From positions 8,900 through 72,899 of the forward strand of contig JAOTVB010000012.1 in NCBI GenBank assembly GCA_029863605.1: a stretch of 64,000 nt of DNA, written 5' to 3'. Under the pieces are notes generated by a model. It worked only from the letters and a program-made list of their open reading frames with translations, made no database searches and was not told the origin of the DNA. This DNA is from Myxococcales bacterium. Its GTDB lineage: Bacteria > Myxococcota_A > Polyangia > Polyangiales > Houyiibacteriaceae. How positions within the stretch are numbered: position 1 is the first letter of the stretch; each line of letters begins with the position of its first letter. The position numbers and the translations under genes are program-made. Of the stretch, positions 39,158-49,162 are shown piece by piece.

Positions 39158-40711
39158 CTAAGCAGCGGCTTCCTCGGGCCCGGCGATCGGGACCGAAAAA
39201 CCGACCACCGCCCCGCCTCCTTGGGCATTGCGAGCCCAGGCACGCCCGCCATGAGCCTGCGCGATGTGCTGGACGAGCGATAGGCCTATACCCGAGCCAC
39301 GCGTAGGAACTTCGTGCGTTCCCCGATAGAACCTTTCGAAGACGTGCCTTATCGCGTGCTTGGGGATACCAGGGCCATGATCCCGCACAGCCACGTCCAC
39401 GGTCGAGCGGCGGGGGGTCAGCTCGAGGTCCACTGGAGTCTGGCCACCGTATTTCACGGCGTTGTCGAGCAGGTTGATGATCGCCAACGCAATGGCCTCC
39501 TGGTCGAGCAGGACCGGCGGGAGCTGGCCCGGCGTGAGGAGGCGGACCTCCACCCCGTCCTGCTCGCCGCGATAGCGAAACGCATCGAGGGCGCGCCTGA
39601 CCGCCTCGCTTAGATCGCCGCGTTTAAGTCGATACGGGCCTTTGCCGCCCTCGAGCGCCGAGAAATCGAGAACGTTGTCGATCAACGAGGTGAGCCTTTC
39701 GGACTCGCGGCAGATGATGTCCAAGTACTCGAGCCGTCGCTGGTCACTGGGCACGCGATTGGACCTCAACATGTCGGCAAACATTCTCACCACCGAAAGC
39801 GGTGTTTTTAGCTCGTGCGAAACGTTTGCCATCAACTCGCTCTTCAACTGGTTGAGGCGGCGCTCTTTTTCGGCTGCATAGATGAAGAAGATCGCACTCA
39901 GCAAGATGATCGCAAACGACATGACGGGGAGCGCGACCTCTCCGCGCAGGCGTGAACGGCCTTGCGCCTGCAGCAAGGCAGCCTGGCGAGGAGCGACCTG
40001 GAGGCGCCAACGATAGAGTGTCGTCGGGAATCGGTGGTCGACCGTGAACACTCCAGCGTCGGTCAGGTCCGGACCAAAAACGCGTTGATTGCTTTCGTTC
40101 ACGATGTTGTAGAGCGGGGTGCTTACATCGGAAACGAACATCTTCGGAAACACTTCGTTCACGAGGTACTCCGTGTCGTGATAAGCGACCACGTACGTTA
40201 CCTGGCCGTCTTGGGTCGCGTAAGCCTTGTAGGAGAGCAGGTAGCTCACGTCCTCGACCCGTTCGTGGAGGTGGCGAAGCTCGTCGCTCTCGAGATCTCC
40301 GAGGTCCATCGACTCGACCAAGTACTGTCTGAAGACCCGCAGAAAACCGCGCCTCGTCTTGCGATCCTGCGTACTCGCCCACTGCAGCACATCCCCCTCG
40401 AGGTTCACCAATAGAACCGCTTTCACGCTCGGCGTCCGTGCCTCCGCCGGAGGAAGCCAGCGTGCGTCGATCGTGCTGGAGTCATTTGGGTCGACCAGCG
40501 CGAGGACTATGTTGTCCGCAAAGATGATGTAGTTCTCGATCCGTTCGACTCGTTGCTGTGCTACCGACAAGAGCGATTGGACGATCGCGCTCTCTCCGAG
40601 CTCCGCATACTCCCGCGCAGAGGAAAACGTGTAGTACCCGAGGATCGCCGCGGCGATCAGAATCGCGGGCACCAGGAACACGTACACGGCGCGAAAGCGA
40701 CTCCCTTCCAT
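39158..40711 (-). CDS. sensor histidine kinase
   Basis: Two TM segments flank a periplasmic domain. H-box SHELKTPL, N-box LLDNAVKY, G-boxes DHGPGIP and GSGIGLS. Confidence 0.92.
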   Translation of the reverse strand: MEGSRFRAVYVFLVPAILIAAAILGYYTFSSAREYAELGESAIVQSLLSVAQQRVERIENYIIFADNIVLALVDPNDSSTIDARWLPPAEARTPSVKAVLLVNLEGDVLQWASTQDRKTRRGFLRVFRQYLVESMDLGDLESDELRHLHERVEDVSYLLSYKAYATQDGQVTYVVAYHDTEYLVNEVFPKMFVSDVSTPLYNIVNESNQRVFGPDLTDAGVFTVDHRFPTTLYRWRLQVAPRQAALLQAQGRSRLRGEVALPVMSFAIILLSAIFFIYAAEKERRLNQLKSELMANVSHELKTPLSVVRMFADMLRSNRVPSDQRRLEYLDIICRESERLTSLIDNVLDFSALEGGKGPYRLKRGDLSEAVRRALDAFRYRGEQDGVEVRLLTPGQLPPVLLDQEAIALAIINLLDNAVKYGGQTPVDLELTPRRSTVDVAVRDHGPGIPKHAIRHVFERFYRGTHEVPTRGSGIGLSLVQHIAQAHGGRAWARNAQGGGAVVGFSVPIAGPEEAAA

Positions 40712-41721
40712 TACTCGCGCTCCGCTCGGAGCGGTCGCGTCATGAGATCCCCCACCGCTTGCAAAGCTGGCTTGTCCTCGTAGAGCATCGCGTACACCTC
40801 GTCCGTGATCGGCATCTCGACTCCGACCTTTTCGGACAAGGCCTTAGCGCTCTTGGTGGTGCGGACCCCTTCTGCCACCATCTGCATGCTCCCGAGTATC
40901 TCTTTGAGAGACTTCCCCCTACCGATCTGCAATCCGACGTTGCGGTTGCGGGATAGGTCACCGGTGCATGTCAGCACGAGATCGCCCATCCCGGAAAGCC
41001 CAGCAAGTGTCAGCGGGTTCGCGCCCCTGGCAAGCGCCAGGCGTGAGATCTCCGCGAGGCCGCGCGTGATCAAGCCCGCGCGGGTGTTGTGACCAAAGCC
41101 GAGCCCATCCGCGATGCCGGCGGCGATGGCGACCACGTTCTTTAGTGCGCCGCCGAGCTCGACGCCAACGACGTCCTCGGTGCTGTACACGCGAAACCGC
41201 TCGGTCGTGAACGCTTCTTGTGCCGCTGTGACGATGTCTTGGTTGCGCCCCGCGACACAGACCGCGGTGGGGATCCCCTCCGCGACCTCCTTCGCGAAAC
41301 TCGGTCCCCCGAGATAGGTTAGTTGGGGATGCTGGGACTCGGGCAATAGGTCTTCAAACATCTCGGAAACGAGCATCAGCGTTTCGTTCTCAATGCCTTT
41401 GACCGCGCTGACAATCGGAGCGCCGTTTTGCAGCAAGGGCGCGGCATCGGTCAGAACCTGCCTCAGCCCGTGCGTCGGAATGACACAAACGATGAGATCG
41501 CTTCGGTCGAGCGCGTACTCGAGGTCGGCGGTTGCTTCGAGGGTATCGGGGAGCTGAAAGCCCGGAAGATACGCTTGATTTTCCCGGTCCGTTTGGATTG
41601 CCTCGGCCATCACCGGGCGTCGCGCCCACAGACGAGTGGGGTATCCCTTGTCCGCGAGCAACTTGGCAAGCGCAGTGCCCCACGAGCCAGCACCAAGAAC
41701 CGTTGTCTTCTGCACGCCCAT
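40711..41721 (-). CDS. gpsA: NAD(P)H-dependent glycerol-3-phosphate dehydrogenase
   Basis: VLGAGSWGTALA Rossmann motif. Family-typical length of 336 aa. The stop overlaps the kinase start by 1 nt. Confidence 0.92.
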   Translation of the reverse strand: MGVQKTTVLGAGSWGTALAKLLADKGYPTRLWARRPVMAEAIQTDRENQAYLPGFQLPDTLEATADLEYALDRSDLIVCVIPTHGLRQVLTDAAPLLQNGAPIVSAVKGIENETLMLVSEMFEDLLPESQHPQLTYLGGPSFAKEVAEGIPTAVCVAGRNQDIVTAAQEAFTTERFRVYSTEDVVGVELGGALKNVVAIAAGIADGLGFGHNTRAGLITRGLAEISRLALARGANPLTLAGLSGMGDLVLTCTGDLSRNRNVGLQIGRGKSLKEILGSMQMVAEGVRTTKSAKALSEKVGVEMPITDEVYAMLYEDKPALQAVGDLMTRPLRAERE

Positions 41722-41767
41722 GCTCGGAGCCTAACACGAGGCGCTCGCATGGGGGCGGCGCGGGTTG

Positions 41768-44209
41768 TTAAGGGCTCGGTTGGACGCTTCCGCTTTCGCC
41801 CTTCCCAGGGCGCGGGTCGGCGAGGTCGAGCTTCAGCACATCCGGATCGAAGAGTGCGTTGGCGAGAACGGCGTCCATCTTCGAGACCGGCACGAACTCG
41901 AGCGTCTCGCGAACCTCCTCCGGCACCTCCTCGAGGTCGGCGGTGTTTCTTTCCGGGAGAATGACGCGCTTGATGCCCGCGCGGTGTGCAGCGAGGACCT
42001 TCTCCTTCACGCCACCCACGGGAAGCACGCGGCCGCGCAAGGTGATCTCGCCCGTCATGGCGACGTCGTGCCGAACGTGGATCCCGGTCAGCAGAGACAC
42101 GATCGCGGTCATCATGGTTACGCCGGCACTCGGCCCGTCTTTCGGCATTGCGCCAGCAGGAATGTGGATGTGGATGTCGCTCGTCTCGAGGAAGTCTTCC
42201 GCAATGCCGAACGCCTTCGCACGCGTACGCACATAGCTCATGGCCGTCTGCGCCGACTCCTTCATGACGTCGCCGAGCTGGCCGGTCAGCTGAAGCTTGC
42301 CCGTGCCATGCATTTTCGTGCATTCGATGAAGAGGATCTCTCCGCCGACGGCGGTCCATGCAAGACCCGTCGCCACTCCTGTCTCGGCGGTGCGTTCGGC
42401 GACTTCCGAAGTGAACCTCGGCGGCCCGAGGTACGGCCGAAGCGATTCTTCGTCGGAAATCGCCCAGGGTCCCTCTTCGCCTTCTGCCACCTTCACCGCG
42501 ACCCCGCGAATGACACTCGCAATCTGACGCTCGAGATTACGCACACCGGCCTCGCGAGTGTAGTGGTCGATGATCGACTCTATCGCGGCATCTCCGAGTG
42601 TGACTGTCGCCGCTTCGATGCCGTGCTCCCCGAGCTGCTTAGGCACGAGATGCACACGCGCGATATCGAGCTTTTCCCGCCGCGTGTAGCTCGGGATTTC
42701 GATGATCTCCATGCGGTCCTTCAGCGGGGCCGGAATGGTGTCGCCGACGTTGGCAGTGGCGATGAACATGACCTTGGAGAGGTCGTATGGGATCTCGAGG
42801 TAGTGATCGCTGAAGGTATCGTTCTGCTCCGGGTCGAGGACCTCCAGGAGCGCCGCAGCGGGATCGCCCCGGAAGTCGTGCCCGATCTTGTCGATCTCGT
42901 CGAGCATGAACACCGGGTTGATCCTGTTGGCTTTCTTCATCCCTTGGATGATCTGGCCGGGAAGGGCGCCGACATAAGTCCGACGGTGACCGCGGATCGC
43001 GGCCTCGTCATGCACACCGCCCAAGCTGATACGGTGAAACTTCCGCCCGAGGGCACGCGCAACCGAACGGCCGAGAGACGTCTTACCGACACCGGGCGGC
43101 CCGATGAGGCAGAGAATCGGCCCTTTCTTGTCGGTCTTGAGCTTCCGAACGGCAAGGTACTCGACGATTCGCTTCTTGACCTTCTCGAGGCCCGAGTGGT
43201 CCTCATCGAGGACCTTGCGTACCGCCGCGATGTCCATGTTGTCGGTGGTCTGCTTCGTCCATGGAATGTCGAGAATCCAGTCGATATAGGTGCGGACCAC
43301 GGTGTACTCGGCCGACCCGACCTGCATCTGTCGAAGGCGCTTGAGTTGCTTGCGCGACACCTTGTCAGCCTCGCTCGGGAGCTCTGCCTTGGTGATGCGC
43401 TCCTCGAGGACGTCTAGATCGCCTTGGTCGCCCTCTTCCTCGCCCAGTTCTTCTTTGATTGCTTTGAGCTGCTGGCGCAGCACGTACTCCCGCTGGTTCT
43501 TACCCATCTCCTCTTTGATCTGAGAGTTGATGCGCTCGCGCATCTTGAGGATCTCGAGCTGGCGGGTGAGGAGCCGGAGAACTTTGCGAATGCGCTCTTT
43601 CGGGTCGAGCGTTTCGAGGAGCTGCGATTTTTCGTCGACGGGAGCGTCGAGATTGGCTGCAACGAGATCAGCAAGCTGGCCTCGCTCTTGGATCGAGTCG
43701 ATCAGGGATCCCGCCTCGCGCGGGAGCTCTGGCATGAGCTGGATCACCTGCTTGGCTATGTCCCGAAGGCTCATCGCCAGCGCTTCACTCTCGACGTCCT
43801 CGGCCGGAACCTCTGGGAGGCGCGTCACCCGGGCCTTGATGTAGGGCTCCTTGGTGACCACATGCTCCAGGCGAATCCGGACGAGACCTTGCAGAATCAG
43901 GCTGTAATTGCCTGAGCTGTGCTTGAGCGCCTTGAGAACGCGGGCGGCGACGCCCACCGGGTACAGATCGTCTTGACCCGGATCGTCGGTGGAGGGGTCC
44001 CGCTGGGCCACGATCGCGATGATCGGCTGATCGAGGTTTTCGATGTCCTCGACGAGCGCCACGGACTTCTCGCGGCCGACGTCAAAAGGCGCCACGGCTG
44101 CTGGAAAGAGCACCGCGTTGCGGATCGGCAAAACGGGAAGCTCTGCCCCGAACTCGATTTCTCCCGTATCGGGAGGCGGCATCGATGTGATGGTTTCGTC
44201 GTCGCTCAT
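41768..44209 (-). CDS. lon: ATP-dependent Lon protease
   Basis: LON N-domain, Walker A GPPGVGKTS, and protease motif PKDGPSAG. 813 aa. Confidence 0.96.
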   Translation of the reverse strand: MSDDETITSMPPPDTGEIEFGAELPVLPIRNAVLFPAAVAPFDVGREKSVALVEDIENLDQPIIAIVAQRDPSTDDPGQDDLYPVGVAARVLKALKHSSGNYSLILQGLVRIRLEHVVTKEPYIKARVTRLPEVPAEDVESEALAMSLRDIAKQVIQLMPELPREAGSLIDSIQERGQLADLVAANLDAPVDEKSQLLETLDPKERIRKVLRLLTRQLEILKMRERINSQIKEEMGKNQREYVLRQQLKAIKEELGEEEGDQGDLDVLEERITKAELPSEADKVSRKQLKRLRQMQVGSAEYTVVRTYIDWILDIPWTKQTTDNMDIAAVRKVLDEDHSGLEKVKKRIVEYLAVRKLKTDKKGPILCLIGPPGVGKTSLGRSVARALGRKFHRISLGGVHDEAAIRGHRRTYVGALPGQIIQGMKKANRINPVFMLDEIDKIGHDFRGDPAAALLEVLDPEQNDTFSDHYLEIPYDLSKVMFIATANVGDTIPAPLKDRMEIIEIPSYTRREKLDIARVHLVPKQLGEHGIEAATVTLGDAAIESIIDHYTREAGVRNLERQIASVIRGVAVKVAEGEEGPWAISDEESLRPYLGPPRFTSEVAERTAETGVATGLAWTAVGGEILFIECTKMHGTGKLQLTGQLGDVMKESAQTAMSYVRTRAKAFGIAEDFLETSDIHIHIPAGAMPKDGPSAGVTMMTAIVSLLTGIHVRHDVAMTGEITLRGRVLPVGGVKEKVLAAHRAGIKRVILPERNTADLEEVPEEVRETLEFVPVSKMDAVLANALFDPDVLKLDLADPRPGKGESGSVQPSP

Positions 44210-44256
44210 GCGGTTGTTCTACTCCAACTCGGCGAGAACCCAAGTTTTCTCAGCGA

Positions 44257-44285
44257 ACATAGCCACGCACCATTTCCCTGGCAAG
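44257..44285 (-). promoter_or_regulatory. candidate RpoH (sigma-32)-type promoter upstream of lon
   Basis: The minus strand reads CCCTTGCC-N17-CTATGT about 47 nt upstream of the lon ATG, compared by eye with the CTTG-N16-18-CYTATNT heat-shock consensus. Imperfect match. Confidence 0.25.
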
Positions 44286-44362
44286 GGTTCCTCCGGTGGG
44301 GACATGCTGCGAGGTCCAGAAAGGCCCCGGCCAGGCCGTTGCATGAGGCTCTCCTCGCGGAT

Positions 44363-45310
44363 TTAGGGTCGCTTCGCATGCATCTTTCCGTCGTCGTTCC
44401 CTGTTTCCGAGACGCAGACGCGATCGCGCCCCGTACGCTTGGCCTCGAAGAGCTTCTCGTCGGCGGCTTTGAAAACATCCTCGGGTTCCTCATAGTGCGC
44501 CTGCCATTCGGCGACGCCCACGCTGATCGTGACCTCGACGCGCGTCCCTTCGAACTCGAATCGAGTGTCCCGAACAAGGCGGTTGATCTTTCCTGCGAGC
44601 TCCCCGGCGCCTTCGAGACTGACCTCTGGGGTGATCAGTGCGAACTCCTCGCCACCGATCCTCGCGATCACGTCGTTTCGACGCAAGCGCCCGAGAGTCA
44701 CCGCGCCGAGCTGCCGGAGGATGGCATCCCCCGCCAGGTGGCCAAACTTGTCGTTGATGTGCTTGAAGTGGTCGATGTCGAACATCAAGAGCGAGAACGT
44801 CCGCTTGTATCGCTTCGCCCGCGCAACTTCTTTGTCGAGTATCTCGTCGAAATACCGTTTGTTGTGCAGTTGGGTGAGGCCGTCGGTCATCATCAATCGG
44901 TAGACCTCTTCGTGGTACTGCACCTCGATGTCATCGCCGACGATGAACTTCATAATGGTGCGACCCACTTTCAGCTGGTCGCCGTGCCGGAGCCGACCTT
45001 CGTCTTCGACGAGGTCATCGTTGACGTAAGTGCCGTTGGTCGATTCGAGGTCACGAACGCGGAACTCGCCCTCGTGGAACCGGATCTGGCAGTGTTTGCG
45101 GGAGATGCTTTCCTGGTCGATCGGAATTTCACACTGCGGGGAGCGCCCAATGATCAAGGGTTCAGTGCCGACGTGGACGCGACGCCCGATATCCTGACCG
45201 TAGATCACGATCAGCAATCCGCTGTCGCTCGTTTGCTTTGGAGCGCGAGCCGCCGTCGCCTCGGTCAGGACCGTTTGGCTCGGGTTGGTCGTCTGATCCT
45301 TGAACTGCAC
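44363..45310 (-). CDS. FHA-domain diguanylate cyclase (FHA-GGDEF)
   Basis: FHA motifs (GRSPQCEIPIDQESISRKHCQI...STNGTYVN) followed by GGDEF (RIGGEEFALI). Confidence 0.88.
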   Translation of the reverse strand: MQFKDQTTNPSQTVLTEATAARAPKQTSDSGLLIVIYGQDIGRRVHVGTEPLIIGRSPQCEIPIDQESISRKHCQIRFHEGEFRVRDLESTNGTYVNDDLVEDEGRLRHGDQLKVGRTIMKFIVGDDIEVQYHEEVYRLMMTDGLTQLHNKRYFDEILDKEVARAKRYKRTFSLLMFDIDHFKHINDKFGHLAGDAILRQLGAVTLGRLRRNDVIARIGGEEFALITPEVSLEGAGELAGKINRLVRDTRFEFEGTRVEVTISVGVAEWQAHYEEPEDVFKAADEKLFEAKRTGRDRVCVSETGNDDGKMHAKRP

Positions 45311-45432
45311 CCCTCCACTATACAGCGGCGCAGCGATGGGCGTTAAATCCGGGGCCTGCGTTTCAGTGAGAACGGACTCCCGGAGTCGTTGGGTTTGTTG
45401 ACCCCAAGTAGGGGGTCTCTTAGCGTAGGTCC

Positions 45433-46632
45433 GTGCGCGACTTGTTTTCTCACTCCTGGCTGTGGGGATTGGGCATCCTCGCCGTCATCTCGGGCAGCCC
45501 ACTGGCTTTGCTCGCGAGCCCCCCTTCGGCTCACCGAACCTCGACGAAGTTAGCCAGCGCTGTGACCCCACCCTTTGCTGACGTCGACGTCGGGCAGGCG
45601 CGACCGATGGGAGAACAATTGGTGGTGCCGAGGCATGACGGAACGCGCGCGGTGCTGACGGTCGACCACGACTTGCAGACGTACATCCAAGGCCTCTTTC
45701 GTAAGTACGATGTTCCTTCGGGAGGGTTGGTCGCGATAGAGCCGCAGACCGGACGTGTGCTGGCGTACGTGGGGTACGAGGCGGGAAAGGGGGACAGCGT
45801 GGACGTCGTGACCGACCCCGCGCCGCCGGCCGCTTCGATATTCAAGATCATCACGGCGTCGGCGCTTCTCGATGCTGGCGTGAAATCGTCGACCTCGGTT
45901 TGCTACGGGGGTGGGATGCGCAGCCTCGGCTCTGCAGATCTCGTCGATAGTCCCAAGCGTGACCGCTGGTGCGCGACTCTTGCTGACGCTCTCGGGTACT
46001 CGATCAACGCGATTTTTGCGAAGCTCGCAGACCGACACCTCGACGAAGCGCGGATGACCCAGTACGTGTCGGCGTTCGGGTTCGGTCAACGCTTGCCATT
46101 CGATTTGCCAGCGGCGCCGAGCCCTGTCGATGTCCCGCAAAGCAGGCTCGAACGCGCCCGGATGGCGGCTGGTTTTTGGCACAGTCAGCTCTCGCCACTC
46201 CACGGGGCCTTGCTCGCTTCGACGATCGCAAACGACGGGGGCATGCCGTACGCGGCGATCGTCGATCGAATCGAAAGCTCGAGCGGGAAGACTCTCTACC
46301 AACACTCCCCACAAACGTTCCGTCAGGTCGTACCACGCGTGACCGCGAGGCAGGCAGGCGAAATGATGACGCGAACCGTCACTCACGGAACCGCAAAGAA
46401 GGCCTTCTGGGATTCCAGGGGGCGACCCTTCCTTCCCGGCATCGCCGTTGCGGGAAAGACAGGCACGCTCAGCCGAAGCAATCCTTATCGCCGCTACACC
46501 TGGTGGGTCGGGTACGCTCCTGTCGACGATCCAAAAATCGCCGTCGCGAGCCTGGTGGTGAATGAACCCAAATGGCGCATCAAGGCCAGCTACGTGGCAC
46601 GAGAAGCCCTCCGCGAGTACTTGGTCAGGTAG
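45433..46632 (+). CDS. penicillin-binding protein (class B-type transpeptidase)
   Basis: SxxK (ASIFK), SxN (YSINA) and KTG (AGKTGT) motifs. N-terminal TM anchor. GTG start. Confidence 0.8.
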   Translation: MRDLFSHSWLWGLGILAVISGSPLALLASPPSAHRTSTKLASAVTPPFADVDVGQARPMGEQLVVPRHDGTRAVLTVDHDLQTYIQGLFRKYDVPSGGLVAIEPQTGRVLAYVGYEAGKGDSVDVVTDPAPPAASIFKIITASALLDAGVKSSTSVCYGGGMRSLGSADLVDSPKRDRWCATLADALGYSINAIFAKLADRHLDEARMTQYVSAFGFGQRLPFDLPAAPSPVDVPQSRLERARMAAGFWHSQLSPLHGALLASTIANDGGMPYAAIVDRIESSSGKTLYQHSPQTFRQVVPRVTARQAGEMMTRTVTHGTAKKAFWDSRGRPFLPGIAVAGKTGTLSRSNPYRRYTWWVGYAPVDDPKIAVASLVVNEPKWRIKASYVAREALREYLVR

Positions 46633-46638
46633 CTAGCG

Positions 46639-47451
46639 TCACTCCAAATCTTCGATCCAGTCGCCGTTGTCGAACCAATCCCTCCGGAGCTCCATCAGGA
46701 TGCCGGTGCCTTCGAACGCATCGATGAAGTTGTCGATCAGGTTGTAGAACTTCGGGTCCTTTGCGGATACTGCGATCCCAATCGGTTCGACCGAAAGCGG
46801 CTCCGCGAGCGTGATGAGGCCGGAATCGGGGTTGCGGAGGACGGCCAGGACGCACGCAGGCATGTCGGCGATCATCGCATCGGCCTCTCCGCTCCGCACC
46901 TTGTCTACTCCCATCTTGTAGTTGTCGATCGGGATGGATTTGGCCTTCGACATGTACCGCTTGATGAATGCCGCGCTGGTCGAGTTCGCCAGCGCGACGA
47001 AGGTGAACTTGCGATTGTTGATGTCATCGACCGTTTCGGCTTTGGCTAGCGCCTTCGATGTCGTCAGGAGCGACTTGCCGGAAATCAAGTAAGGACCGAC
47101 GAACAAAAAGTCCTTGGTGCGCTCTGGGGTGATATCCACTCCCGACATCACCATGTCGACCTTGCCCTTCTGCAGAGCGTCGAGCAGTTGGCCAAACCGC
47201 ATCTCGATGATCTTGAGCTCGAGGCCGAGTGCCTGGGCAAGCCCCTCGGCGAGGTCAACCTCCAGCCCCATCATCTCCCCGTCCTTGTCCTTTGCATTGA
47301 GGGGAGGTTGGTCGGCGGTCATCCCCACGCGCAGCTCGCCACTCTTGAGGACGCGATCGAGAACGGGTGACTGTGCCGTTGTACTGGCTGACGAGATCAG
47401 CGACGCAATGGTCAAAAGAGTAAAGAGCATCATTCGAGAACGGTGGAGCAT
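46639..47451 (-). CDS. periplasmic solute (amino-acid type, family 3) binding protein
   Basis: Signal peptide, then LRVGMTADQPPLNAKDKDGEMMGLEVDLA, typical of SBP_bac_3. Confidence 0.85.
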   Translation of the reverse strand: MLHRSRMMLFTLLTIASLISSASTTAQSPVLDRVLKSGELRVGMTADQPPLNAKDKDGEMMGLEVDLAEGLAQALGLELKIIEMRFGQLLDALQKGKVDMVMSGVDITPERTKDFLFVGPYLISGKSLLTTSKALAKAETVDDINNRKFTFVALANSTSAAFIKRYMSKAKSIPIDNYKMGVDKVRSGEADAMIADMPACVLAVLRNPDSGLITLAEPLSVEPIGIAVSAKDPKFYNLIDNFIDAFEGTGILMELRRDWFDNGDWIEDLE

Positions 47452-47557
47452 CGGCGTGCCTTTCGTGGATGGTCGTGCGCGCGGAGCCTACCCAAGCCCA
47501 TCCCCCGTTGCAACGCGTTCCTAACGCTGACACTGACGGTGCCAGTATCAATGCCAG

Positions 47558-48220
47558 CTAGTTGAGCCGTGCTCTTGCTGCGCCTTCGAGGGCTCTTCCA
47601 ACGGCCGCCTCGCTGAAGCCGACGATCACTTCGTTGCCGACTTTGATGGTCGGTACCGTGCGTCGCGGATTCAGACTGAGGTACTCGGCTCTCGCGCTTG
47701 CGTTCTTGTCTACGTCGTACTCGACGAAGGAGATCCGCTTGTCTTCGAAGTATCGGCGGGCCTTCTTGCAGACGCCGCACCAGGTCGTCGAGTACATGAC
47801 CACCGGAACGTGCCGTCGCGCGTTGGCGATTTCCCATTGCTTGGGCCCCTTCTCTCGAGCTTGCGGCCTCGATCCTTGCGTCGGCTGATCCGAAGCCCCG
47901 CGGTTCGGCGAACCCGGCGCTTGAAGGGCTGCGGGATCGAGATTGAGAAGGGCTTGGATTCGTTCTTCGCGGCTCATCTCCTCGTTCTGCAGGATGTTCC
48001 GGAAGGTGATCACCTCCGTTTCGGAGCGCGCGATCGAATCGGCTGGCCTCTGCGAGACCTCTTCCTCTTCGGCAAGAGCCGGCGTTTCTGCCCCGGCGGG
48101 GTCGGGCGCTTCCTGGTGATCGAGCTCGTCGAGCCAGGTAAGCACCTGGTCGCAACCGCACAGCGTACCGAGAAAGATGATCGCCATCATCCTCGCAAAA
48201 GCTCTCGTTCCGGTCACCAT
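47558..48220 (-). CDS. lipoprotein with a C-terminal glutaredoxin/NrdH-like thioredoxin-fold domain
   Basis: Lipobox LGTLCGC|D. Redox motif VVMYSTTWCGVCKKAR and cis-Pro TVPTI. Confidence 0.75.
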   Translation of the reverse strand: MVTGTRAFARMMAIIFLGTLCGCDQVLTWLDELDHQEAPDPAGAETPALAEEEEVSQRPADSIARSETEVITFRNILQNEEMSREERIQALLNLDPAALQAPGSPNRGASDQPTQGSRPQAREKGPKQWEIANARRHVPVVMYSTTWCGVCKKARRYFEDKRISFVEYDVDKNASARAEYLSLNPRRTVPTIKVGNEVIVGFSEAAVGRALEGAARARLN

Positions 48221-48255
48221 CCTCGACTTCCCTCGGTGAGTAGCTCCGGTGCCCC

Positions 48256-48999
48256 TCAGTTCTTCTTGCGCACGATGAACGTATTCATGCCCTCTTCGTG
48301 CTCAAACGTCGTGCGGTAGCTCTGGGCTTCGCCTCTGGATTCAAAGGGGCCAATGCGGACGCGCCAGTGTGTCCCCCGCCCTTCGACCGAGCCTCTGGTC
48401 ACATAGGCCGCGTGGCCTCGCTTGCGCAGGGCGTCGGCAAACACCTGAGCCTCCTGCGGGTCGCGATAGCTGATGACCTGCAAGGTGTAGAGGCCCTCGC
48501 GACCGGCGGGAGAGCTCGTGGTTCGATTGGGAACGGTTGCGGCTACGAGTGGGTCGCGAACGGCGGCCATTTCGACGACCTCGCGATCCGGTCCAGCCGT
48601 GACCGCCGCAGGCAGGCCCGCGGCGATTTTCGAACGGGCAGGCGGGCTCGTCAAAGGGTCGAGGTGCGCAAGCTCCGCCGCGGCAGCCGCCATTGCTGCC
48701 GCAACTTCCGGGCGAGATTCGGTCACTAACGTCGTGGGAAAGCTGAGGGTTTCTGGATCGAGGGAAGGGTCCGCACGCTCTCCCTTGGACGTCTCTGTCG
48801 CCTCGGGCGCGCCGGTCAACGCAAGCGTTTGCAACGGGTCTTCCACCTGCGATTCGCCGTCGTCAGGCAGCGCTGCGACGGCCGCGACGACGATTCCGAT
48901 CGCGGCGATCAATCCCACCGCCGACAGCACCAAGACCCGTTTTCCGTCATCCGAAGATCGCTCTTCGATTCGTTCGAGATCGCGCATTGCAGTGTCCAT
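48256..48999 (-). CDS. SPOR-domain (peptidoglycan-binding) membrane protein
   Basis: N-terminal TM. C-terminal YTLQVISYRDPQEAQVFADALRKRGHAAYV...WRVRIGPFESRGEA. Confidence 0.8.
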   Translation of the reverse strand: MDTAMRDLERIEERSSDDGKRVLVLSAVGLIAAIGIVVAAVAALPDDGESQVEDPLQTLALTGAPEATETSKGERADPSLDPETLSFPTTLVTESRPEVAAAMAAAAAELAHLDPLTSPPARSKIAAGLPAAVTAGPDREVVEMAAVRDPLVAATVPNRTTSSPAGREGLYTLQVISYRDPQEAQVFADALRKRGHAAYVTRGSVEGRGTHWRVRIGPFESRGEAQSYRTTFEHEEGMNTFIVRKKN

Positions 49000-49162
49000 C
49001 TCGTGTCTCGCCTCGCCCCTCTTGCGGGTTTACGAGACTTCCTCGGAAGCAGCCAAAAAACGGCGGTTCGCCGCGTCTGAGAGCACGTGCAGGGTCGGTT
49101 GTCGCGTGGTAGCTTCGCGCCGGCGTTGCGCTCAGGGGAGCAACGCGTGGGAGTACTAGTTC

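Noticed and set aside
41765-43417. 550-aa ORF on the + strand
   Set aside because: Entirely antisense to the well-supported lon gene. The translation is Arg/Leu/His-rich with no motifs. This is a typical shadow ORF of a GC-rich genome.
43919-45346. 475-aa ORF on the + strand
   Set aside because: Runs antisense through the lon N-terminus, the lon upstream region and the whole FHA-GGDEF gene. A composite shadow frame.
47538-47558. Minus-strand CTGGCATTGATACTGGCACC resembling a sigma-54 -24/-12 promoter upstream of the solute-binding protein gene
   Set aside because: With TGGCA as the -24 element, the -12 position reads CTGG instead of TTGC. No enhancer-binding protein gene lies nearby. Judged a chance match.
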